A stretch of DNA of 55,543 nucleotides, counting the filler, from Catajapyx aquilonaris (Eukaryota): assembly GCA_000934665.2 (NCBI GenBank). It is 4 parts of 4 records of this genome, joined end to end, with 100 filler letters (N's around TTAATTAATTAA, not from the genome) between each part and the next. Parts side by side here need not be neighbours in the genome. Positions count along the whole stretch, not along the records: positions 41,754 to 55,543 come from JYFJ02007987.1; 3 more parts are not named here. The stretch is one strand, 5' to 3'. The translations under genes and the position numbers were made by a program. Under the pieces are notes generated by a model that saw only the letters and a program-made list of their open reading frames with translations, made no database searches and was not told the DNA's origin. Shown one piece after another: positions 45,998 through 55,543 of the stretch (the stretch's first letter is position 1; every line of letters starts with the position of its first letter).

Positions 45998-48914
45998 TCA
46001 GAGATAATTATAAGGGTTTCATGTTTGACGCATGCGTTACCCCCTGTCACCCCCCNCCCCCCCCCCCCCATTTTTTTAAGTAGTAAGTGTTTGTTGAGAT
46101 GTAGTAGTTGAAAGCACCTGTACACATTTCGGCCCGAGTTGTTGAGAGGAAAAATATGGTGTCAAAAATTCTGCTTCTCCTGGCTGTTTGCACAACAGTA
46201 TATGTATGGTTTTCCAGTCTGCAATTTTTTATGTTTAAAAAGTCAATAGTTTTCTATCAGCGGATCAAAAAATATCGTATATGTACTGAATTTATAGGTG
46301 GTGAAAAATTCTGGTTTCGCCATTGCTTTTTTGGTGACACAATAGAGGAACTGGCACCATTGGGCAAGTAGAGTGCTAGCAGGTGTTACTCTCAATTGCT
46401 ACAAAAAAAAACATTTTTTTTTGCTTATTATATAATATAAGAGCGCCAAAATCAGTCAGTCGAATCTCTGTAGCACTCTTCCTTTCTTGTTGGAATATCT
46501 TGTACAGTAAAGTGCTTGCAATTTTTTCCCCATCTTTTATCTTTTTTCATCGGACTTGTTATTTTTGAGATATCTCATAATTTTGAACCTGGTTGTATTC
46601 GAAACCGCGGGACTTTGCAATCGTAGAGCGCAATAACTGAACATCTTTTCTGAAATACGGCAGAATTTATGGGTTACATCAAGAGCTCTTTGTTACATAC
46701 AATAGAGACCTAACGAGCGAATAAGTTTCAGAGATCCGACTAAAAGCCGACATTTTATTACATCATTGGAAATGGGTAATTACGCTGATTACAACAATGC
46801 TATACAGGAACTGCTAGCTCGTAGCAATTTTTCATAAAATTGCTTCCAAAGTTTTTACCGGAAATAACTGATTTTCTCTCGGATTGCTGAAACTTCGCTC
46901 GTAAGCGACATAATAATTTGTTAAAGCTGAGGTTTCATTCAAACTTTCACCTTTGGATGTACGCGTACGGTCTCTCCCCCATGAGCAATCAAATTATTTT
47001 ATTCCATATTGTTCTTCTAATCAGTTTGTCCTCCATGGCCGATCTAGTCGTTACAGAATATAACTGTAAACGTCAAGATCACCCAAAAATGACTCTTTAG
47101 GTCATTCACACGGAAAAAAGTTTCGTGATCGATCATGTTCCGATTATGATGCAGTTACGATTCCCTGAAATTCCCCAAATTCCCCAGATTGACTCTCTGC
47201 TGGAGACAATTTCCACAATAATAATATTGATCGGACAACAAACTTGACGTTACTCCCCTTCGCACACACCAAGATGGTGTCACGAGTAGCCTAGACTACT
47301 GTACTCTGTGTATACAGATACACCGTATCATTTTGATTGGGGGGGGGGGGGANGGACTGAGGCAGGGGCCATCAAAGAGTTGTGATTCGGTGCGGAGGGT
47401 AGGGTGAAATAAAACATATTTAGGCCTCCCCCAGTCGGCGGCGCGGCGGGATATTTTACCCGTTTGGAAACAGGAATTTCTCCTCTGGAAGTCAGGATGG
47501 TCGTCCAAACGATTAAAATAATATTGGAGAAAATTAAAGTGCAGAAAACATGTCATTTTTCTCTCTCGGGCATTGGATTATTTCATAACAGGCTCATGAG
47601 AACCACAAGTGTCCGCAATTGAATTGGTATTCAACGCTCCTTCAAAAAATAGAAATATATGGATTTACCTCGGCCGAGTTGGACACTATTGATTTGGGGC
47701 GTGCCCATAACCTCATGTCACTTTTCCACCACAATGCGTATCAGTCGCGACTCAATTCCTCTTCAAGGTATGGGTCAGTTCAAAAAGTTTCGCCAGTAAT
47801 AGAAAACTATTTTTCATACAATCGTCCGTTATCGCATTTAAGACTCTGGGTTAATATTAGAAAAACAACTCAAGGTCCATTTTTATGGCAGGCTGCAAAA
47901 TAACTTTCCTCCCTGATCAAATATTATGTGATTGGTGCAATACAAGCTAAAATATTTAGCAACATCATCTGATGTTTGAATATCCTATTTTTCTAACTCC
48001 CCGTTCAAAGTTTTTGCGAAATGTCACGTGCTATCCTCCGGATCGGATGCACTTACTGTACGCGGAATCTCCAAAATCACTTATTTTTGATAGGGGTAAC
48101 GGTAAACCATCCAGGGCTGTACTTGCTCTTACTGGCGTGCGGGAGGCGGGAGGGTAGTAGTCGGTGGGGGCAGCGGACTGTGTCGCTAATATAGGTGTGT
48201 ATCCGCAAGGAAGGAAGGAAGGTTAGGTATGGTTAGGTTGGGTTGGTACAGTACATCCCCTTCCAAAATCCAAAAAATCAATCTGCCTTTGCGACATAGC
48301 CAAGCTGCCCCCAGCCACCACCCCCCCTCAGCTTCCCGTACGCCGGTAAGAGCAAGGCCTTCCGCATCCAGTTATGGGCCACTTAAGAAATTTTCCATAT
48401 TCATATCGTCACATGACCCACAGTAATTATTACATCTGCAGTTTGATTATATTTTTTTCTGAATCTTCAGAATGTTCTCTTTTAAGGAGCAACTTCAATT
48501 TTGAAATTCTCCCTTACTGTCATTTTTGGTAATGAAAAGTTCCAAAAGAGTCACAAAGTACAGTAATGGGCCACTCTTCACAGTTATGGGCAGCCATGCA
48601 AATTGACATCGGCAACCTGGAGTGATGAAAACCTTGTAATTTATCGCTATAGCTTCAGAGCTACTCCTTACCGACTACCTTCAGACAGAGGGTACCCTCT
48701 GCCTTCAAATTTGAACACATGCCGCGAAGGTTTCCCGCGTATCATGTCCGGTGACAACATCTTGGTCCTTTATTTAAAGAGTCTCGTCTAGTTTGCTGCG
48801 TGAACACCACCTCAAAACTGCAACGTGATCCCATCATGAATGGATCATGATCGCTATACATGATCCAGCCACAAAACTGTAGTGCCGTGTGGATGAGCCT
48901 TTTGACTTTCACAG

Positions 48915-49044
48915 GAGTGAAATATGGGCAACTGAGAGAATGGCAGCACTGCTGGGATCAGTACAACAAAACAGTTGTTTCAAGCGAAAAAAAACTATTA
49001 CTCAAAGCTATGGGAGTTGCGACAGATCCGTGGATCTTGGTTCA
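48915..49044 (+). CDS. M1 aminopeptidase exon
   Basis: GVKYGQLREWQHCWDQY...SEKKLLLKAMG..TDPWIL; canonical splice sites. Confidence 0.88.
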
Positions 49045-49107
49045 GTAAGTTGATTAAGGTCACTATCATAGTAGAGTCAGGCCTTTGATGTTGTGATGAT
49101 CTTCTAG

Positions 49108-49330
49108 GTATCTTCAGGCTTCATTAAACAGGAATAAAATTCGACCACAAGACGTGAGGACAGTCTTGTCGGTTGTAGCTTCTAACCCACATGGACGACT
49201 TCTGGCCTGGAGACATCTTCGAGCGCACTGGGCCTTGCTGCAGAACCTCTTTGGACATGGATCAATGACCATGAGCAACCTTATTTCTTCTGTTGTCTCC
49301 CATTTTTCTACTGAATTTGATTACAACGAG
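49108..49330 (+). CDS. M1 aminopeptidase exon
   Basis: YLQASLNRNKIRPQD...VASNPHGRLLAWRHLRAHW...FSTEFDYNE; phase-2 acceptor, phase-0 donor. Confidence 0.9.
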
Positions 49331-49508
49331 GTAATAAGGGACCCCTCTTGTCATATAAGTTACTGTACAGTGTGGTCCAGCAATATTCTGCTTATTATTT
49401 ACTTGCTATCATTAAACAGAAGATAATATTAGGATACGTTTAGCAATAGAAAACAACCGAGTGAACATGATTGGCTGGTTCAGGTACAAAGTCTCCTAGG
49501 TATAAATA

Positions 49509-50281
49509 CAGGGTGTCCCTATATGATTGTCAACTTTTGAAAGTTGCTTAATTTCTATTAGTTGCGGTGTGCAATGACAAGACAGACATAGAACGAAAGA
49601 GCACATTTGGGAGTTTTTATTGCACACACTACAAGTGCTTGCTCAATATGAGCCCCTTTCGTCACACGGCACACATCAAGACGATACTCCAATTCTCTCC
49701 ACACTCTGGCGCCTGGCCAGCATGTCTGGTGTGATTGATTCTACAGCAGCAACAATCGTGCATTTCAACTCACACAGGCTGGTAGGTAGCGGTGGTACGA
49801 AGACCTGGTCCTTTACACACCCACAGAGGAAAAAGTCACACGGGATGAGGTCGGGAGACCTTGGAGACCACAGGCCACCATCATACTCTCGGCTCTCCCC
49901 TCCGACACACGCGGACATCCCGTACCCTTGCCCTTGCAAAGGCATCACGTCGTCTGAAACTTCTGGAACCACCGTTGAATGTGATTGTAGATTTGTAGGG
50001 AGGGGCGTAACGTCCTCCGTACTGTTGCCGGAAGGCCTGCTGAACTGTAACTACCGAAGCAAGCTTTGCAAACTGCAGGACACAACGCTTTCTGTTCGGG
50101 AGACGCCATTTTGTGAAGTGGCGCTGTGTGCCTCGCGGAAAAGTGCAGAACCAACTTTTCTGTGTGCAATAAAATCTCCCAAATGTGCTCTTTCGTTCTC
50201 TGTCTGTCTTGTCATTGCACACCGCAACTAATAGAAGTTAAGCAACTTTCAAAAGTTGACAAATCATTTAGGGACACCCTG
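49509..50281 (-). mobile_element. Internally deleted rosa/DD41D-like Tc1/mariner element
   Basis: ~120-bp TIRs, TA|CAGGGTGTCCCTA; N-terminal relic MASPEQK/CVLQFAK...VTVQQAFRQQY and C-terminal WSPRSPDLIPCDFFL. Confidence 0.9.
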
Positions 50282-50692
50282 TATTATTTTTCATTTCCCC
50301 AGGCCCATTTGTCTTAGATTTTAAGTCAACTCACGTTGATACTCTATGTTCGTTCTCACTGCAATAGGTGTGGCTATCAGATTGGATGGCACCTTTGGTA
50401 ATAATACTTATTTGTCAACATGAATGTACAGGCGTTTTTATGCGGTACTTATGCCATCTGATGCCATAAAGAGGCTTACTGTAGTTGCTTTTGTTGGTCC
50501 CCTTTACCACCCCGCAAAGTTTGGCCTCCAAGTTCATGTCGAGTCTGGAGCCAATGGGAAATCTACTTTACATGAAGAACTGAAAGGCAGAATAATCAGA
50601 GTCACAACTGGGTCAAACTGATTTAGTCATTGTTTAATGAAGTGTTCGAAGTGTACGTACTGTACTTTCTGGTGGCGAAGTAATATTTCTAG

Positions 50693-51482
50693 TAGGTCGA
50701 TGCAAAAGTTCGTGTTTTTTTGTTTGGGAAAATCCAAATTCTGTAAAACTTGTTTGCAAAACATTCTCTAATAAAAATATTGACCAGCACTTTCAATGAC
50801 TCCTTGCCAACATCGGGGCAGCAGATGAATGCCCTGGTGGTAAAACCTTTTGGGCTTTGTCACAAACACGTTAACCACCCATTTCTCGACATCAGTGAGA
50901 CTGGCGAAGTGCTTGCCAGACAAGCCATGTTGCATGGAACGGAACAGGTGGTAATCTAAAGGGGCAATATCTGGCGAGTACTGTAGCCTTCGCCATGTGT
51001 AGCACCTTAGTTATGCACTGTAGCTGTCTGCAGTCACCCTTTCACCCTGTTAAAACAGCTCATGGGAGATGATGCCCTCCTGGGTTTTGATCAACTGAAG
51101 CATTGGGGCGACCGGCCCTTTTCCGATAGGTGACATCAAAATTACCGTAGCAAAAGTTCTTTGAGAAACACTTTCCGAGTTTCCGACACTATGTCCTCAC
51201 TGTATGAGTGTGTGTCTCGCATAAAAGCCATGTCGCTTCTGTTGCAGTTTTTTCCTGGTTAAAAAACAAAAGAAAACTGTGCCGAAGATTGGTCTTGTCG
51301 GGGTTCATCCCGAAATGATGGCAAAACAGCGACTGATAGAGCAAATCTAAATAAATAACCCTTACTGGACGCCTTGCACATGTTTGTTGAGTAACACCGC
51401 CACCACAAAGCAAATGCAGATATCAAAATTCTAAATTTATTGACCACGCAAAGTCAACCGCACGAACTTTTGCATAGACGTA
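50693..51482 (-). mobile_element. Degenerate, internally deleted mariner element
   Basis: TIRs TAGGTCGATGCAAAAGTTCGTG / CACGAACTTTTGCATAGACGTA; relics LRHSFLLFFNQEKTATEA and YSPDIAPLDYHLFRSMQH. Confidence 0.85.
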
Positions 51483-51778
51483 AATCATATAGAACGATTA
51501 CAACCATTTGAAAGAATTATATAAGGGATAGTGCTGTCTTCAAACTTCACACTCAACTGTTACTCTGACTGTTCTGCATTTTACAACTTCATTTGCTTTT
51601 ATTACTTGGGGAAAATGTGTTACACATGGATTACTATTATTTCATAACAATAATTCGCAATAATTCCTACACTCCATGTGTAAATCAGGAACCTATGACT
51701 ATGAGCCAACGTACCATGTTTCTTTGGTGTCTTTTTGTGCGTGTCAGGATCAGTGCACAGCAGTGCACAATAATAATT

Positions 51779-52027
51779 GAAGGGGAGACAATGCAAAGGT
51801 CCTAAGTGCCAAAAAATCCTGATTTGAGTTATGAGTGTCAAGGTATCCTATGTGCCATCGCCAATGTTGGGTAGAAGTCCCAAGTGCCAGAAAAATCAGT
51901 AAGGTTCTGCATTTGGCCAGTAGATGGGGAGGTTGCCTATTTTGTTTTGTTTTGTTGAGGAGAAAGAAACATTCATAACTCAAAATCAGGGGTTTGGCAC
52001 TTAGGACCTTTGCATTGTCTCCCCTTC
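51779..52027. mobile_element. MITE with AATT flanks, possibly Sola1-like
   Basis: AATT|GAAGGGGAGACAATGCAAAGGTCCTAAGTGCCAAA...TTTGGCACTTAGGACCTTTGCATTGTCTCCCCTTC|AATT. Confidence 0.75.
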
Positions 52028-52294
52028 AATTAATCTTTCTGCTACTGACTGACCCACTTTTGTTGCCAGGGAGCCAATGAATTTGTGTTTGGCCAGTATC
52101 TGATAATTATATGCTTATTCCAAGCTTATTCACACACTTTTCCACATTCATTATTTTAAAAGTTCCCTTCTTCAGAGAACACCACACTCTCCATTGGCTT
52201 CGACTTTTATGACATCGTGCACTAAGCCTTAATGCATGATGTCATAAACGTCATGTTTAATCATATGCTCACAAACCTTTGCCCATAGATCTTA

Positions 52295-52928
52295 CAACCA
52301 AAGTGACTCTTCTTACCCTCCTGGATTTTGAAATTTTTTGTATTTTCTAATTCTGCTTGGCCTATAGTGTTGAGAAAACATCACCTCCGGGCTGCTAATT
52401 TCCACGTTAGCAGGGTCAAAATAGAGCCAAAAGGCGATGTTCCGAAACCACAACACTTGCATCCCGTCGCGAGTCGCAGGCCAGCGCCAACGAGAGATAA
52501 ATAGGGTACAGGCAGGCCGTAAAGATCCGCCATCTTTGATGTTTTTGCCATGACACTTCACGGCAAGAACACGCGCGAATTTGAATATTTTTGCCGTACT
52601 TACGGAATTAATACGTAGAAAAGTGCATGAAAGGAGCTCATACGGCAAAATATTCAAATTCGTGGGAAGTGTCATGGCAAAACCATAAAAGATGGAGTAC
52701 CTTTACGGCCTGCCTGTACCCTATTTATCCCTCGTTGGCGCTGGCCTGCGACTCGCGACCGGGTGCAAGTATTGTGGCTTTGGAGCTTCGCCTTTTGGAT
52801 GTATTTTGACCCTGCTAACGTGGAAATTAGCAGCGGAGGTGATGTTTTCTCAACACTATAGGCCAAGCAGAATTAAAATATCCAAAAAATTTCAAAATTC
52901 AGGAGGGTAAGAAAAGTCACTTTGGTTG
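52295..52928. mobile_element. Shorter member of the 28911-29957 foldback family, TTA TSD, nested in a small hairpin element (~52257-52968)
   Basis: TTA|CAACCAAAGTGACT...AGTCACTTTGGTTG|TTA; outer arms AATCATATG...CACAAACCTTTGCCC / GGGCAAAGGTTTGTG...CATATGATT. Confidence 0.9.
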
Positions 52929-53035
52929 TTAGTCACTACGGGCAAAGGTTTGTGCCCATATGATTCAAGGTCGTTATCGGTAATATGCTGGAATACACAA
53001 AGTTGCAGAAGCAAAGTCTTTTGTACATATTACAG

Positions 53036-53182
53036 GTCTGGAGCTTTTTTCACCAAGTAGACGTGGGGTCTGCCTCCAGAGCCTTACAACAGAGCTTGGA
53101 AACCATTGAGCTCAATGTCCACTGGCTACGCAACAATGGGCAAGTAGTGGAGAAGTGGCTGGAAAGACATGTAACAACATGA
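53036..53182 (+). CDS. M1 aminopeptidase, last coding exon
   Basis: VWSFF...RALQQSLETIELNVHWLRNN...VEKWL*, the typical M1 C-terminus; candidate AATAAA at 53554-53559. Confidence 0.9.
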   Translation, partial: VWSFFHQVDVGSASRALQQSLETIELNVHWLRNNGQVVEKWLERHVTT

Positions 53183-55543
53183 AGTTCAGCTACATTATGA
53201 TTTGAGTTGCAACAAAAACTAATAATTATAATAACAAATACTGCTGGATTGATATCTTCATGAAGAGAGAGGACGTAAGTAATGAGAAGCAGAGGAAAAA
53301 GACCAAACTCAAAGGAGATTCCAAGTAATGCTTGGATTTATGTGGAGTTTGCCGTATTAGACGGTTGCTCTTCGTGCCTGGAAGCACACGAGGTGCCAGT
53401 CACTCATAGGAAGTCATGAAGGACTTCCACATCAGTCGAGGCCTAAATGAGAAGCTGATGAGTAGTGACCACCTTTTTAGCGGTGGCATATAATATAATG
53501 TGCTCTTTATAAACGATAACCAAAAAAATCAGGTATCCTGTTCACTTCTGAATAATAAATTATTTGGATGGTTAATAATAACACAGAGGCACTGAATGTT
53601 ATAGCCTGCTATCAGATGTCCTTCTTGCTTGAAATTTTACATTTGCTGCTATCCTCCTATCACATGACCCAAATAAAGCATCTTGGTGACTGCTGTCAGG
53701 ATTTTCGGTTTTTATTGGCTGGTGTACAGCATGTTGTGACAACGAGGTTGCCAATGTTACATCGCAAATAACGAGGTATTCAACTATCTCAACACTATGC
53801 CCTATAATTTACTAGTGAAGGTTACTTAAAAGTATGCTACGTCCACAGTGAAACGGCCATTATTTTATTACAGTGACTTTAATATGCCCATGTCCATGAC
53901 TGTGTCAGGCCTGGGCAAATGGTTTATGCCGTTATGCGTGGGTTTATGATAAATCTGATAACCGAATAGGCAAAGCTGTTACATATTGCACGTGTCCCTG
54001 AACTAGATCCACTACACGTCTACACCTATTAAATGGGGAAGGCGACTGCAACTTTTCTCCGCTAGGAGCGCCACCGAGCCATGGGACATAGGTTCACGTT
54101 GCTCTGTTGCTCTCGCATCACTGCACAATGCCGGGCTTGTGTGTGCCTGTGTGGCATACGGCTGCAGTAATTTAGAGGGTCACCAATTCCCAATTGCGCC
54201 TCCTGATAGTCCTGAGTTCAATTTTTAATTCCTTCACAAACATATATCTGCCACACATCCCATTACTGCCTGCGACAGTTTAGGCCTTTAGGCGCTGACA
54301 AGCAGCGAGCTTTGCCACCACAAACAAATTCGGCGGGCGGCTGTCCCGGGACCGATCCGCTCCAAACCCGCGGCGAACGCCCCCAGAAAAATTAAGGGGC
54401 CGGTCTGCCCGGAATTCAGGCCGTCAGCGGCAGATCAACAGCCAGGTTGTTGAACAAATCACGGCGAGTAGGCCCTACGTCTCATGGCTCAGTGCTGCCA
54501 TCTACGCCCAGCTTCCCCATACAAACTAATTTCTCTGGAATCCTGAGATTCAGGGTCGGTCTGAAACCAGGGGGTTCAGAGCGACCGGCAAGCATTCTAA
54601 ACGTACAGTACCACTCTGATGCGTAACACAAGCCTGCTTTCAATCCGAATTCAACCTTGCTTGGGTGCTTGTTGTGGCTCAATCGACTAGGACCCCCCAC
54701 CTATACCCACGCGCCTTTTAAATGCATTTAATAGTGCATGGAGCATAACTAAATTTAATATTATAGGCAGCGTAATTAGAACATATGTTGCTCATCACGC
54801 CCTTCAAAGTGTTGTGCATGTGAGGAACACACCTGGCCAGGTGGCCCTGCCTTCGTTTTTTCTCTTTTCCATACCGTATATTTGCGGATCTGGAGTGGGG
54901 CTGGAAAAAAGTCCGTTGTGGGTGAGCTTTGTGGATTACACGTAATAATTGTAATGGCCACGTCTCTGCTTAACAGTTTCCAAGGCCCGGGGGGGAATTG
55001 TCATCAACCTTTACCCCCGCTCCCCCCGCCACCACCTCCCGTTTGCACCTTTTAATGAGCAATAGCTGTGAATGGCGCTCAATTATTGCGACTGAATTGC
55101 CTCTGCATTGCATTGCAAAGAGCAATTAAGAGGTATCCCAAAATGTCGATGATTTCTGCCATCTGGCGAAATAAACGGAGCAGTAGGCCTATATGTCATC
55201 CGGACCGACACTTCTTGATTCAAATGCGCGTCTATGGTGCACGACCTTCAAGGCCACGCCAGACTTTTATTCCTTCAATTTCCAGAAGCGGCTGTTTAAT
55301 ATCTGCACCGGGCGTGTTGTTCCCAACGAGATAGAATAGGGTAGAGGCAGTAAAGGTCACGTGATCTTTGGCGGCCATGCCACTTCACGGCAAGAACATG
55401 CGCGAATTTGAAATTGCCGCATTTCTAACAACCATGTTCTCCTCTGTAAGGTGACTAGATAGAAAAGGTGGCGTCAACTTCGCTTTTGACGCCATCTTGG
55501 GTCGAAATCGGCTGCCCGCCACTATGGTCCCTTTATGCACAAC

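Noticed and set aside
48123..48356. Telomeric (TTAGG)n array
   Set aside because: Only a few degenerate GGTTA units inside a small inverted-repeat element.
1..55543. CRISPR arrays, rRNA or prokaryotic operons
   Set aside because: No repeat-spacer array or rRNA-like sequence seen; the genes have spliceosomal introns.

Overview
Eukaryotic, most likely arthropod, genomic DNA made of four ~13.8-kb pieces (1-13793, 13894-27757, 27858-41653, 41754-55543). They are joined by identical artificial 100-nt spacers (44 N + TTAATTAATTAA + 44 N), so adjacency across spacers is not biological evidence. Piece 1: four minus-strand exons of the Fat (ft/Fat4-type) protocadherin, with a TE-filled intron (THAP relic, Academ-like transposase relic, mariner relic). 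Piece 2: a complete 11-exon CYP4-clan P450 (521 aa), the first two exons of a tandem paralogue, an orphan membrane/Thr-rich ORF, the last exon of ZNRD2/SSSCA1, tRNA-derived SINEs (one V-SINE) and MITEs. Piece 3: nested transposons, an LSM14/EDC3-like pseudo-exon and an intron-containing Tc1-like transposase. That intron holds a foldback element, which in turn holds a young 2.38-kb LTR element (apparently identical LTRs, tRNA-Leu PBS, PPT, TSD) with one intact 624-aa ORF and no recognisable capsid, protease, RT or integrase. This element is the most interesting object in the window. Piece 4: the last four exons of an M1 (ERAP/APN-like) aminopeptidase amid many palindromic MITEs. All homology calls are motif recognition from memory; no database search was run.
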